In this document: one piece after another, positions 18,915-29,552 of the stretch
How the letters are laid out: the number at the start of each line of letters is the position of its first letter
Numbering within the stretch: position 1 is the first letter of the stretch
Source of the DNA: Candidatus Aenigmatarchaeota archaeon
GTDB lineage: Archaea; Aenigmatarchaeota; Aenigmatarchaeia; GW2011-AR5; JACRAC01
Reading direction: 5' to 3'
NCBI GenBank assembly: GCA_016213555.1
Contig: JACRAC010000011.1
Span: forward strand, 8,841 to 72,840
Length of the DNA: 64,000 nucleotides
Made by a program: the position numbers and the translations under genes
Notes under the pieces: generated by a model
Seen by the model: the letters and a program-made list of their open reading frames with translations, nothing else
The model's database searches: none
What the model was told of the DNA's origin: nothing

Positions 18915-21188
18915 CTAGCCAGTATAATCTACTTGTTCCATGTGTTCTGCTTTCTTTTTTTGAAGTAAGCTTTCATAGAATTTATTCATGTCTTCACTTA
19001 CAGAAGCTCTTATTTCTTCTAATGCCTTTTTGAAATCTAATTTTGTTACCTTATCTGCATCAATATTCTTTCTTAGCGAATGTAAAGCAGCTTCTCTACA
19101 AAGAGCTTCTAAGTCTGCTCCTGAATATCCATCTGTAGAATCTGCTAAATCATTTACATTTACTTCTCCTAATGGCATTTTTCCTGTAAGTATTTTCAAT
19201 ATAGATATTCTTGCCTCTCTGTCTGGTGTTGGAACTAATATTTGTCTGTCAAATCTTCCTGGTCTTAATAAAGCAGTATCTATTATATCTGGTCTGTTTG
19301 TTGCTGCAATAACAACTACGTCGTTTAATTCTTCTAAACCACTCATTTCTGCAAGCAGCTGTGATACTACTCTTTCAGTAACCTGGCTTCCTACGTCACT
19401 TCCTCTCTTAGGTGCTAGAGAGTCTATTTCATCAAAAAATACTATACATGGTGATACTTGTTTTGCTCTTCTAAAAACATCTCTTATATGTTTTTCAGAT
19501 TCTCCTACCCACATTGAAATAAGCTCTCCTGCTTTTATGTAGATAAAGTTTGCTCCTGATTCATTTGCAACTGCTTTTGCCATCAGTGTTTTTCCACATC
19601 CTGGTGGCCCGAAAAGTAATATTCCTTTTGGTGGCTTTATTCCAAGTCTTGAAAATGCTTCTGGATGGTTTAATGGCCATTCTACGGTTTCTTTTAGATG
19701 TTGTTTTACATTTTCTAGGCCTCCTATATCATTCCATTTTACATTTGGAACTTCCATAAGTACTTCACGCATAGCAGATGGCTGAACCATTTTCATAGCA
19801 TTTTGGAAATCTGATGCTGTTACTATTAACTTCTTAAGAATCTCTGGAGGCAGTGGTTTGTCTTCTTTTATAGAACCTATTTCTGGAAGAATTCTTCTTA
19901 GAGCGTACATTGCCCCTTCTTTACAAAGAGCTGCTAGATCTGCTCCAACATATCCGTAAGTTATTTCTGATATTTTTGTAAGATCTACGTCTTTTGCTAG
20001 AGGCATGCCTCTTGTATGTATTTGAAGGACTTCTTTTCTTCCATCTTTTGTTGGCACTCCTATTTCAATTTCTCTATCTAATCTTCCAGGCCTTCTAAGA
20101 GCAGGGTCTAATGAATTCGGTATATTTGTTGCTCCTATGACTATAATTCTTCCACGAGATTTCAATCCATCTAATAATGTAAGTAATTGTGATACTACTC
20201 TTTTTTCAACCTCTCCTTTTACTTCTTCTCTTTTAGGTGCTATAGAATCTATTTCATCTATGAATATTATTGATGGTGCGTTTTTCTCTGCTTCATCAAA
20301 TATCTTTCTTAAATTTTCTTCTGAGCCTCCATACCAACGACTCATTATTTCTGGTCCATTAATAACATAGAACTTTGCCCCGCTCTCATTAGCTACTGCT
20401 TTTGCTAAAAGAGTTTTTCCACATCCTGGAGTTCCATGTAGTAGTATTCCTTTTGGAGGATCTATTCCAAGTCTTTCAAAAAGCTCTGGATGCTTTAAAG
20501 GAAGTTCTATCATTTCTCTTACAAGCTGAATTTCATTATGCAATCCTCCAAGGTCTTCATACGTAACTTCTGGTATTTTTTCTTCCATTACGTCTTTTGC
20601 CTGTGGTAGTACTTCTACTTCTGTAGATTTTGTTATCCTTACAGGACCTTTTGGATCTGTTGATGTGACTACAAACTTTTCTTCTCCAAAAGGTGTTAAG
20701 ACAAAATCTATTCCAAAGAATTCTTCAAACATACTCTCAAAACTATTGTCTCTTCTAGATCTTAGAATTGGATTAGGAACTATGATATCTCCTGTCATTG
20801 CAGGTCTCATCAAGATGTTTCTTTTTAAGAGTTCTCCTGATATATGTATAACTATTCCCTTTCTTGCAGGAGCTATTACAACTGTTTTTGCTTCTTTGAC
20901 ATCAGACTTTCTTACTTTTACCTCGTCGCTTATTCCTGCTCCACAGTTTTTTCTTACAAGACCATCCATTCTTATAATATCAAGTCCTACATCTGCTGGA
21001 TAAGCTCTAAGAACTATTGCTGCAGTTTTTCTTTTTCCTTCTATTTCTATTATATCTCCTTCTGTTACTGCTATTTTTTTCATGTCTTTTGCAGATATTC
21101 TAACAATTCCTCTACCATAATCACTTCTTTCTGTAAGTTCTCCTACTTTTAATTTTATCTCTGGATCTTGTTTTATATCTCCTGTCAT
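18915..21188 (-). CDS. Cdc48/VCP-like AAA+ ATPase (N-domain + D1 + D2)
   Basis: Two Walker A ([16 protein letters not shown]), two Walker B ([16 protein letters not shown]), N-terminal double-psi barrel-like region; 757 aa. Confidence 0.93.
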   Translation of the reverse strand: MTGDIKQDPEIKLKVGELTERSDYGRGIVRISAKDMKKIAVTEGDIIEIEGKRKTAAIVLRAYPADVGLDIIRMDGLVRKNCGAGISDEVKVRKSDVKEAKTVVIAPARKGIVIHISGELLKRNILMRPAMTGDIIVPNPILRSRRDNSFESMFEEFFGIDFVLTPFGEEKFVVTSTDPKGPVRITKSTEVEVLPQAKDVMEEKIPEVTYEDLGGLHNEIQLVREMIELPLKHPELFERLGIDPPKGILLHGTPGCGKTLLAKAVANESGAKFYVINGPEIMSRWYGGSEENLRKIFDEAEKNAPSIIFIDEIDSIAPKREEVKGEVEKRVVSQLLTLLDGLKSRGRIIVIGATNIPNSLDPALRRPGRLDREIEIGVPTKDGRKEVLQIHTRGMPLAKDVDLTKISEITYGYVGADLAALCKEGAMYALRRILPEIGSIKEDKPLPPEILKKLIVTASDFQNAMKMVQPSAMREVLMEVPNVKWNDIGGLENVKQHLKETVEWPLNHPEAFSRLGIKPPKGILLFGPPGCGKTLMAKAVANESGANFIYIKAGELISMWVGESEKHIRDVFRRAKQVSPCIVFFDEIDSLAPKRGSDVGSQVTERVVSQLLAEMSGLEELNDVVVIAATNRPDIIDTALLRPGRFDRQILVPTPDREARISILKILTGKMPLGEVNVNDLADSTDGYSGADLEALCREAALHSLRKNIDADKVTKLDFKKALEEIRASVSEDMNKFYESLLQKKKAEHMEQVDYTG

Positions 21189-21222
21189 AGTATCACTTTT
21201 TAGATTTTTCTATATATAATTA

Positions 21223-21636
21223 CTATAATTCTTCTCTTCTCCTTCTTAAATCTTTTAGTATTCTCTCTCTTTCTAAAATAACCTCTATCATATCGTATTC
21301 TACCTTTTGGCTCCATTGATCAAAAAAATCTTCCATTCTTTTCATATGCTCAAGAGCTATCATGAATACTGAGCTGCTGATTTTTTTATGAGGTATCTCA
21401 TCTAACAGCCCTGGTCTTCTATAACTATAATTTTTTCTTTCTCCTGGTATAACTTGTTGCCATCCGTATAGTTCTCTAAAGAACTTATTTCTTTCGTAAT
21501 TTGAATCGAAATTCTCACTTACTGTGTCAAAAGACACTATAACAACTTTTTCGTTTTTTCTAAAAATTATCTTCATATCAAAACCTACGGTTTCGATGCA
21601 TTCCTTTAATAGCACCTCTTTAGTGTATATGCACAC
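21223..21636 (-). CDS. Hypothetical protein (divergent from radB)
   Basis: ORF only; no recognised motifs; likely start at internal Met (MKIIF). Confidence 0.3.
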   Translation of the reverse strand: MCIYTKEVLLKECIETVGFDMKIIFRKNEKVVIVSFDTVSENFDSNYERNKFFRELYGWQQVIPGERKNYSYRRPGLLDEIPHKKISSSVFMIALEHMKRMEDFFDQWSQKVEYDMIEVILERERILKDLRRRREEL

Positions 21637-21736
21637 ACTAATTTAGTATTCTCTTAAACACTAAAGTATTTAAAGATTTCTTGTTTTATTTTTATTAATT
21701 TAACTGTTTATTTATCCTTTCTAGATATTTTAGATT

Positions 21737-22417
21737 ATGAATGTAAGAAAATTTCTAACAAACTCTCCTTTGGATAAGTTATTGGATGGTGGTATAGAAT
21801 GTGGAGTTATAACAAATGTTTATGGTCCTGCAGGTTCTGGAAAAAGTAACATATGTCTAACTTCTCTTCTTCAGGCTAAGAATAAAACATTGTACATAGA
21901 TAGTGAGGGTTCTTTTTCGTTAGATAGATTTAGGCAAATAGGCGGTGACGAAAAAAAACTTAAAAATATAATTTTTATCGATGTTCATACATGGAAAGAT
22001 CAATATGAGCAGATGATTAGGCTTGATAAAATAATACAAAAAGACAAAATAGATATTGTTATAGTTGATTCTATTGTATCTCTCTATAGATTAGAGTTGG
22101 ACAATACAGATAAGGAAAAGGTAAGCAGAACAAATATGCAGCTTGGAGCAGTATATTCTGTGTTGTCTAGAATAGCCAGAGAAAGAAATATACCTATATT
22201 GGTTACGAATCAGGTTTATGGTAGTGGTGAAGATATAGAACCTACATCTAAAACAATTGCCAGATACTGGTCAAAGTGTTTAATAGAATTTAAAAAACTC
22301 GATAAAGACAATTGTAGAAAAGCCATAATAAGAAAACATAGAAGTTTGCCTGAAGGTAAGCAAATAGATTTTGAAATATATCAAAAAGGTATTAAAGAAT
22401 ACAGGAAACTTTTTTAA
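21737..22417 (+). CDS. radB: RadB-like RecA-superfamily ATPase (Rad51 paralog)
   Basis: Walker A GPAGSGKSNICL, Walker B IDIVIVDSI, 226 aa (RadB size, lacks RadA N-terminal HhH domain). Confidence 0.75.
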   Translation: MNVRKFLTNSPLDKLLDGGIECGVITNVYGPAGSGKSNICLTSLLQAKNKTLYIDSEGSFSLDRFRQIGGDEKKLKNIIFIDVHTWKDQYEQMIRLDKIIQKDKIDIVIVDSIVSLYRLELDNTDKEKVSRTNMQLGAVYSVLSRIARERNIPILVTNQVYGSGEDIEPTSKTIARYWSKCLIEFKKLDKDNCRKAIIRKHRSLPEGKQIDFEIYQKGIKEYRKLF

Positions 22418-22433
22418 AATATCTTTGTCTTAA

Positions 22434-23159
22434 TTATTTAGATAGTTCTGAATCTATTGCTTTTTGGAATATAGTGAAAGGTTGTGCACCTTCTATTAAT
22501 TTTCCGCTGACAAAAAATGCTGGGGTTCCAGATACTCCTAGTTTTTTTCCTTCCTTAAGATCTGCAGCAACTCTATCTGCCATTGCTCCACTATCCAAGC
22601 AACTATCAAAGTTTGTTGTATTCAGATTTAATTCAGAAGCAAATTTCTTTAAATTACTTATAGATAAAAATTCATTGTTTTCGAACATCTTATCATGTAT
22701 TTTCCAAAAAGCTTCTTCACCTCCCAAGTCTTTTGCACATTCTGATGCTTCAGCTGCCTTTTGTGCATTACTATGTATATCTAAAGGGAACTGCTTATAT
22801 ACAAATTTTATTTTTTCTGGTATTATGTATTTTTCTTTAATTTCCTGTTCTGTTGTTTTATAAAATCTTGCGCAGAAAGGACATTGAAAATCTGAGAATT
22901 CAACTACTGTTACTGTTGCGCTGCTGTTTCCTTCATAGTTGTCAGTGTCAACAGTTTTTACACTATATGGTTTAGGCACAGAATACAATGCTGCAGTAGA
23001 TGCTAAAATAATTATTAGAATGAGTGCTCCAACTATAACGTAGTTTTTGTTTATTTTAGTTTCTCTTGATCTTACTTCTTCATGTTTAGATTTTTTATGC
23101 TGTGTTAAGGCTTCGTTAGTGTCAAATGATCTTTTACATTCAGAACATTCAATTGCCAT
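22434..23159 (-). CDS. DsbA-like thiol-disulfide oxidoreductase with N-terminal cytoplasmic C2H2 zinc finger and single TM
   Basis: CSECKRSFDTNEALTQHKKSKH (C-x2-C-x12-H-x4-H), TM (VIVGALILIIILASTAAL), Trx-fold FSDFQCPFC (CxxC) and DsbA-like C-terminal helical insert. Confidence 0.75.
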   Translation of the reverse strand: MAIECSECKRSFDTNEALTQHKKSKHEEVRSRETKINKNYVIVGALILIIILASTAALYSVPKPYSVKTVDTDNYEGNSSATVTVVEFSDFQCPFCARFYKTTEQEIKEKYIIPEKIKFVYKQFPLDIHSNAQKAAEASECAKDLGGEEAFWKIHDKMFENNEFLSISNLKKFASELNLNTTNFDSCLDSGAMADRVAADLKEGKKLGVSGTPAFFVSGKLIEGAQPFTIFQKAIDSELSK

Positions 23160-23207
23160 AAAATCACAAAATTACTTCTTGTCTAATCCTTTAATATCTT
23201 ATATTAA

Positions 23208-23828
23208 TTAACAACTTAAGCTACCTTCTATTTTGCATGCTGTGCTATTAGTATTTAATTTAGGTATTCCAGGGTCTTTTCCTGACGATATGTAATCTAA
23301 CACATTTGTCTGATTCCACTCATGTTCGTGATTCCATGAATCCCAGAAATATCTCCATTCATTCCATCCTATTCCTAAGCTTTTTACATATATATCATGT
23401 TCTGCTAACATTTTTCCTATTTTTCTTCCTGTCATACATGGTATGCTATAGCAATAAACAACTATATCTTTTCTTGGATTTTTTTCATTTAGTTCTTTGA
23501 ATGAGCTTACTATTCTATCTACTGCTCCATAATCAGATGTATCTTTATCTTTGTAAGCCGGTATATTTACTGCTCCTATTATGTGTTCTTTTTCATATTC
23601 TTCCTGGCTTCTTAGATCTACAAGTATAAAATTTTGATCCCCTTTATCCATAGACTTTCTAATACTATGAGGACTGACATGAACAGCATTTTCTGTTAGA
23701 TAAAAGTCTTCTATTAATTCATTTTGTGTTTTATTGTCTATACTTTTCATAACTGCTATTGCTGATATGCTTGATGTTATGCTTAGTGCTATAATTATAG
23801 CGGCTATTTTGTATGTGCTTAATTGCAT
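23208..23828 (-). CDS. Secreted/membrane-anchored rhodanese-domain sulfurtransferase
   Basis: N-terminal signal/TM, rhodanese fold (FILVDLRSQEEYEKEHIIGAVNIP ... VVYCYSIPCMTGRK with active-site Cys loop). Confidence 0.65.
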   Translation of the reverse strand: MQLSTYKIAAIIIALSITSSISAIAVMKSIDNKTQNELIEDFYLTENAVHVSPHSIRKSMDKGDQNFILVDLRSQEEYEKEHIIGAVNIPAYKDKDTSDYGAVDRIVSSFKELNEKNPRKDIVVYCYSIPCMTGRKIGKMLAEHDIYVKSLGIGWNEWRYFWDSWNHEHEWNQTNVLDYISSGKDPGIPKLNTNSTACKIEGSLSC

Positions 23829-24012
23829 TAAACCACCTTATAGTTAAATTAATGAAACAACATATAACTTTTTGTTGTATACTAGTTTCAGTATACTTTT
23901 GGAAAGCTTTTCAGGCTGTTTTTAAGCTTTTCAGTTTATTTATTCACAAGGTGTTTTTATCAATATACTACTGAAAATTTTAGCTTTTGTAGATCTTATT
24001 GCAGCTTATGCT

Positions 24013-24234
24013 TTGATAACGAAAGATTTTCATATACTTGGGATATCTATAGCTATTGTGATTATTCTTTTTTGTAAAGGGATTCCTAGTTTGTTCTCAG
24101 ACCTATTATCAAAAATTTATGGAGCTGTAGATATTTCTGTTGCTTTGATAATACTATTTGGATTTGCACCCTTTCCTATTGATGTAATGCTGTTTTTCAT
24201 AATGCTTTACAAGGGCATAATTAGCCTTGTTTAG
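24013..24234 (+). CDS. Possible small membrane protein (2 TM) - weak
   Basis: 73-aa hydrophobic ORF in otherwise non-coding 390-bp gap; no homology signal. Confidence 0.2.
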   Translation: MITKDFHILGISIAIVIILFCKGIPSLFSDLLSKIYGAVDISVALIILFGFAPFPIDVMLFFIMLYKGIISLV

Positions 24235-26437
24235 AAGTAGCTCTCTTCTTTTTTACTAGTTTTTTTGTATCAGGTGTCTTTAGTGTTATAGATTTTTTAT
24301 CTGATGGTTTTATTGTGTTCGTCTCTGTAGATTCTTTTTCCTTATTTGCTGGGCTTACTTGTCCTATTTTTGACTTATCAAACCATTCTTTTTTTGTTGG
24401 ACATCTAATGTCGACGCATGTTCTAAATGGCCTCTTACCTTCTCTGCCTATTTGTATTATAGGTGATTTACACTCTTCACAAACTTTTTCAGTAGGGGTG
24501 ATCATTCCGATTCTTGGTAGAGGAGCACTAAATTTGCATCCTTTTTTGAATCCTGTACATCCTACAAATCTATTTCCTGTTGACCATAATTTATGTATAC
24601 TTAACACGCCTTGGCATTGAGGACATGTTCCTAGTCTATTCTGCTTTTCCTGGGATTCTATTATAGCATCTGTCAAAAGTTTTCCTACTTTTGATTCTCT
24701 TTTCTTAAACTCATTACATATTTTAACCAAAGTCTTTTTTGCTTCTTCTATTACCTGATCTCTTTTTATTTTACCTCCATTAACATCTTCACATTCTTGT
24801 TCAAAATGTCTTGTTAATTTTTCTGATATAATGTCTGATGCGTTTTTCTCTAAAGTTTCTGATAATTTTTCTCCTAGTTCTGTAACTTCTATACTTCTAC
24901 CAATAATATATCCTCTGTTATAAAGAGTCTGTAGTATTTGGGCTCTGGTTGCTTTTGTACCAAGACCACGTTCTTCCATTTCCTTAATCACAGATCCTTG
25001 AGAAAATCTTGCAGGTGGTTGTGTCTTTTTAGATAATATTTTTACATCAAAAAATTGATAAACATCGCCTATCTTTATGTTTGGTAGTATTGTTTCTTCA
25101 CGGCTTGCATATTTGCCATAAAGTTCTGTCCAACCAGCTTCTAGGGTTCTTGTTCCTCTTATAAAAAATATATTTCCATTTACATCCAAAGAAACTCTTT
25201 GTGATTCTCGTTTGGCCTTCTCTCCAAAACATGCTAAAAAGCGTCTACATACTAAATCATAAACTCTTCTCTGCAAATCTCCTATTTTTTTTGGAATCTC
25301 TCCAGTAGGATAAATTGCTGGATGTGCTGCGTCTACTCTTTTCCCTTCTTCTGGCACAAGCTCTTTTTTGCTTAATAATGAAGATGATTCTTTCTCAAAC
25401 TGTTTTTGTTTTCCAAGGTTTATTATAATTTTCTTATAGTTTATATCCTTAGGTAATTTTTCTGATGCTGTTCTTGGGTAAGATATAAGACCTGCTTGAT
25501 AAAGGGCTTCTGCTATACTCATTGCTTGTTGTGGCGAATATCCGAAATATCTATAAACATCTGATAAGAAACTTGTAGTGTTGTAAGGTTTTGGGGCGCT
25601 CTGAATTATTATCTTTGTTTTTATATCTGACACTTTTGCTTTTTTACCTTTTGCTTTTTTAATAATATCTTCTGCTGTTTTTTTATCCCATAATTTATCT
25701 TTTTCGTATTCTGCTTCTATATCTTTTTTACCTATAGTTACACTTCCTGAAACCTCCCAAAAAGGTTTTGGATCAAAGGCTTTTATCTTTTTTTCATGCT
25801 TGTAAAGCATATGTAATGTAGGGCCTTGAACACGGCCTGTTGATATTATCTGGAATCTACGGCCTGTTGTCTTTATTGCAGATATTAGTGCTCTAGATAT
25901 AGAAACTCCCCACATATGATCTAAGTAATGTCTTGTTAATCCTGCTTCAACTTGACCAAAATCTATGTGCTTACTCATGTTTTCATAACTATCTAACAAC
26001 TCTTCTTTTGTCATTGTACTAAATTTCATACGTTTAGCATCTTCTTTTTTGCAAAGAAATCTCAATACATTATACCCTATTACAGATCCTTCTGTATCGT
26101 AATCAGTTGCTACGATAAAATCATCACCCTGTACAACAACTTTTTCAACTGTTTCAAAATATCTTTTGCTGAAAGAACCAAATTTAGAAGCTAGATGTGT
26201 AGGAACCCAGTCAAGATCAAATATAGGGTATGTTTGTCCCTTTTTTGTGTTCTTTAATGTGAATAAATGTCCTACAGCTGCTACTACTAAATGTTTTTTG
26301 TTGTTTTTTGTGAATTCATACCACTTTACTCCTTCTTCTGTAATATTTTCCTTCAATCCTTTTTCTGCTAATGCTTTTGCTATAGTACGCGCTGCAGTAG
26401 GTTTCTCCGCAATTATAACTGTTACCATAATTATCAC
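24221..26437 (-). CDS. topA: DNA topoisomerase type IA (Topo III/TopA) with C-terminal zinc ribbons and Lys-rich tail
   Basis: Toprim VIIAEKP...DYDTEGS, active-site LISYPRTAS, C-terminal CPQC...C..C and CEEC...C..C ribbons; no helicase domain (not reverse gyrase). Confidence 0.9.
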   Translation of the reverse strand: MIIMVTVIIAEKPTAARTIAKALAEKGLKENITEEGVKWYEFTKNNKKHLVVAAVGHLFTLKNTKKGQTYPIFDLDWVPTHLASKFGSFSKRYFETVEKVVVQGDDFIVATDYDTEGSVIGYNVLRFLCKKEDAKRMKFSTMTKEELLDSYENMSKHIDFGQVEAGLTRHYLDHMWGVSISRALISAIKTTGRRFQIISTGRVQGPTLHMLYKHEKKIKAFDPKPFWEVSGSVTIGKKDIEAEYEKDKLWDKKTAEDIIKKAKGKKAKVSDIKTKIIIQSAPKPYNTTSFLSDVYRYFGYSPQQAMSIAEALYQAGLISYPRTASEKLPKDINYKKIIINLGKQKQFEKESSSLLSKKELVPEEGKRVDAAHPAIYPTGEIPKKIGDLQRRVYDLVCRRFLACFGEKAKRESQRVSLDVNGNIFFIRGTRTLEAGWTELYGKYASREETILPNIKIGDVYQFFDVKILSKKTQPPARFSQGSVIKEMEERGLGTKATRAQILQTLYNRGYIIGRSIEVTELGEKLSETLEKNASDIISEKLTRHFEQECEDVNGGKIKRDQVIEEAKKTLVKICNEFKKRESKVGKLLTDAIIESQEKQNRLGTCPQCQGVLSIHKLWSTGNRFVGCTGFKKGCKFSAPLPRIGMITPTEKVCEECKSPIIQIGREGKRPFRTCVDIRCPTKKEWFDKSKIGQVSPANKEKESTETNTIKPSDKKSITLKTPDTKKLVKKKRATSKQG

Positions 26438-26473
26438 ATATATAATAGTATTTTAGAATTATCATAGTAAAGC

Positions 26474-27037
26474 TTAAATAGAGTTTTTTGTTATTTTTAG
26501 AATTGATTCCAAGGCTACTGGTAGCTTTGTAATATTATCTTCTCCACTAAAATGTTTCATGTTATTTTCTATTATTATCTCTGCTCCTAACTTTTCTTTA
26601 AAAAATGTTGAGTAATGCAATGACACATAAGGATCATTGTCTGAGTGTATAGCTATAAAATTCTTGCATTTTGTTTCTATCTGTTCCCAGGCTATTGGTC
26701 TTTTGAAAAAACTTTCGAGTTGATCAAATCCTAGGTTAGACGTAAATCCTGCTACAAGAATTACTCCTCCTACATTCTCGTTTTGTTTTAATGATTCCAA
26801 GTATCTCAAAATTGTAATACAGCCCAGACTATGTCCTACAAAATAACTATCTTCATCTGGATTACCTACTACATTAATCAAATGAGTTAACCATTTATCA
26901 ATTGTCGGGTTTTTTGGATCTGGCATTGAAGGAACTACTACATGAAATTTTCTTTTTTCCAATTCTTTTTTTAGCCAAGGTCTCCAACCTTCTTCTGGAT
27001 ATCCTTCCCATCCATGAATAAGAAATACTCTTTTCAT
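26474..27037 (-). CDS. Alpha/beta serine hydrolase of RBBP9/YdeN family
   Basis: VFLIHGWEG...GHSLGC nucleophile elbow, 187 aa. Confidence 0.65.
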   Translation of the reverse strand: MKRVFLIHGWEGYPEEGWRPWLKKELEKRKFHVVVPSMPDPKNPTIDKWLTHLINVVGNPDEDSYFVGHSLGCITILRYLESLKQNENVGGVILVAGFTSNLGFDQLESFFKRPIAWEQIETKCKNFIAIHSDNDPYVSLHYSTFFKEKLGAEIIIENNMKHFSGEDNITKLPVALESILKITKNSI

Positions 27038-27050
27038 TTAATCATCTTTA

Positions 27051-28667
27051 TCAAATTGCATGCGCTTGTTTTTTTATTATTTCTCCAAATGCGGGTCTTG
27101 TTATAAATATCCCTATCAAAACTCCTAATATTGTTGTGATTGCAAATCCTCTAAGAACTCCTAATCCTAGTACTGTAAGAGGTAACATAGCTCCTATTAC
27201 TGTTCCTCCTGCCCCAAGTATTATAAATAATGCACGCTTGATCCGCTCTTTTGCTGTTATTGTTTTGTCGCCTTCTCTCAAAGACTGATCTATCATTATT
27301 ATCTGCGCGTCTATACCTGTTCCTATTATTGCTATTATCGCAGCTATTGAGGCTATATCAATTGTCCATCCAATAACTACAGAAGCTCCAAAAATTATCA
27401 TGACTTCGCTCATTGATGTTACTAACATTGGTATTACAATTCCTTTCTTTCTATATCTAATTGCAACTATTATGGATACTGCAACTACAGCAGCTGTTAT
27501 TGCTAGTAATATGTTTGTTAGAAATGATGCTCCTAGATTTGGAGATATTACTTCTAGCTGAACTATCTCTATTTTTGATGGTAAGGATCCGCTCTTAAGT
27601 ATTGTTTGTAATGTTCGTTGGGTTTTTGTAGCTGTTTGTGCATCTGCACCATATCCTGTTATTGATGGTGTTTGTATTGACTGGCCTTTAAGCGATGCTG
27701 ATATACCCAAAGAATCTATAAGATCTCCGTCTAAATATAAATCTATTTTTGATGAAAGGGATCCTTCATCACTAGTTGAGAAGACTCTGTCTAAATTTTT
27801 TGTAACATATGCAAATCTCTGTGCACCTTCTTGACTTAGCTGCACTTGGAACGACCATCTATAACCTCCTTGTATTTGTTCTATTCCTGATCTCTGAGGA
27901 TCAGAATATACAAGTATTATATCTTTTCCAGTGAAAACAAGTGTTGATAAATTTGCAGTGTTATTTAATATGCTATTTACTTTTATTTTTACAGTGTCTA
28001 ACTCTACTGTATCATTTACTCTTAGAAATGTTCCGTTTATATTTATAGTGTTGTTTGAAACTTCTATAGGATATTTATTTTGAAATTCGAGTGTTTTTCC
28101 ATCTTTAGCTAATATATCAATTTTTGCCTCAAAATTGCCTTGTCTTTCCAAAAGTTCTCTAAGCTCTTCACGATTTCCACCTGCCATGATTATTTCTACA
28201 AATCCTTGTCCATCGCTTTTTATTGAACGGAAATTTGCTTCTCTCAACCCGTATATGTTTATTCTTGTCTGCAATGTTGATATTATCTGTTCTAAAGATA
28301 CGTTATCAGATTGGGGTTTTATAACAGCTCTTACACCACCTTCAATATCTAAACCAAAAGATATTTTTGTAGAAGGAGTATTCTTTACTTCTAGTCCTAG
28401 AGTGCCGTTGATTTTAAGGAGTTTATCTCCTTTGTTTGTAGATAATTTTACAACCCCTTCATAGTCTTTTTGTAAATCCTCTATTGTGGCTGATTTGTCG
28501 TTTATTTTATAAATTATGTCTCCAGCTACCAGAGGAATTGTAGAATTTTTGGCTTTGAATGTAACAGTAACCCCTTGCGGTGAAAAATTCGGCGCTATGA
28601 GTATTACTGATATAACTACAAGAAATATTAGTAATAATACTTTCCAATTTTTAAAAATATCTTTCAT
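27051..28667 (-). CDS. secD: Protein-export membrane protein SecD
   Basis: 538 aa; N-terminal TM, large periplasmic domain, C-terminal 5-TM bundle with SecD/F signature; immediately downstream of secF (archaeal F-D order). Confidence 0.8.
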   Translation of the reverse strand: MKDIFKNWKVLLLIFLVVISVILIAPNFSPQGVTVTFKAKNSTIPLVAGDIIYKINDKSATIEDLQKDYEGVVKLSTNKGDKLLKINGTLGLEVKNTPSTKISFGLDIEGGVRAVIKPQSDNVSLEQIISTLQTRINIYGLREANFRSIKSDGQGFVEIIMAGGNREELRELLERQGNFEAKIDILAKDGKTLEFQNKYPIEVSNNTININGTFLRVNDTVELDTVKIKVNSILNNTANLSTLVFTGKDIILVYSDPQRSGIEQIQGGYRWSFQVQLSQEGAQRFAYVTKNLDRVFSTSDEGSLSSKIDLYLDGDLIDSLGISASLKGQSIQTPSITGYGADAQTATKTQRTLQTILKSGSLPSKIEIVQLEVISPNLGASFLTNILLAITAAVVAVSIIVAIRYRKKGIVIPMLVTSMSEVMIIFGASVVIGWTIDIASIAAIIAIIGTGIDAQIIMIDQSLREGDKTITAKERIKRALFIILGAGGTVIGAMLPLTVLGLGVLRGFAITTILGVLIGIFITRPAFGEIIKKQAHAI

Positions 28668-28685
28668 CTAAATCACATTTTATTT

Positions 28686-29552
28686 CTAGTTTGTTTGTTT
28701 TTTCTTGTCTTGTCTTTCCAAATACCATCTAAGTATTCCTGTGTTTGTTAACCATGTTGCAGGGAGATCTATAAGCAACCCTACTATTAATACAAGGGCC
28801 ATTTGTTGCAATACATGAGATCCTGATACAAAATACATTGCAACTAAGGCTGCTATAGCGCATGCTGTCATCGTTACGCCTGTTTTCATTGCTGTTTTTA
28901 TTCTCTTTTCTACTGTCTCTTCCTTACGCTTTAACATTTCTGTTGTAAGAACTATATCTGTATCTACAGAATATCCTATTAACATCAAAATAGCTGCTAA
29001 TGTTGGTAATGACAACGATATTCCTAATAACTCCATTCCAAACATTGATATTACTATATCTGTAATAGCTGCAAGAATTACTGCCATTGATGGTGCAAAT
29101 GCCCTGAACAATAAAAATACTACAATAGCCATTATTATGAAGGCTGCTATCAATGCTATTTGTGCTTGTTTCCAGAAAACTTCTCCTAAAGATGGGCCTA
29201 CTTGTTTAATATCATAGTCTCCTGAAACACCTAGACTATCTAATTTATTTATTATTTCTGTTGTGTTTTTTGAGGAATCTGTTTCTATCAATAATGTTGT
29301 TTTTATACCTGTTACTGTTTTAAAAGTAGCATCTGGTATTTCAGCTGAAAGTTTGTTTATATCAGGTTGTTTATCTAGGGTCATTGATATAAGTGTTCCT
29401 CCTGTTAACTCTATGTCTCTTTTTACAGGAGATCCTGTAGTCACTGTATTATAAATCAAGAAGGATGATGCTACAATTAACACTACTATTGTTATAAACA
29501 TCAAAAATTTCCATTTTTTATGATAAAAATCCTCTAAAGACTGTAATGACAT
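28686..29552 (-). CDS. secF: Protein-export membrane protein SecF
   Basis: 288 aa; TM1, small periplasmic domain, C-terminal TM bundle homologous to SecD C-terminus. Confidence 0.8.
   Translation of the reverse strand: MSLQSLEDFYHKKWKFLMFITIVVLIVASSFLIYNTVTTGSPVKRDIELTGGTLISMTLDKQPDINKLSAEIPDATFKTVTGIKTTLLIETDSSKNTTEIINKLDSLGVSGDYDIKQVGPSLGEVFWKQAQIALIAAFIIMAIVVFLLFRAFAPSMAVILAAITDIVISMFGMELLGISLSLPTLAAILMLIGYSVDTDIVLTTEMLKRKEETVEKRIKTAMKTGVTMTACAIAALVAMYFVSGSHVLQQMALVLIVGLLIDLPATWLTNTGILRWYLERQDKKKQTN

Noticed and set aside
18988-21152. Several plus-strand ORFs (18988-19542, 19550-19759, 20137-20370, 20665-21003, 20844-21152)
   Set aside because: All are antisense to the Cdc48 AAA ATPase gene, Ser/Leu/Phe-rich artefacts of an AT-rich coding strand.
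24221-26437. Considered reverse gyrase for the type IA topoisomerase
   Set aside because: No N-terminal SF2 helicase domain. The 738-aa length and Toprim-first architecture fit Topo III/TopA.
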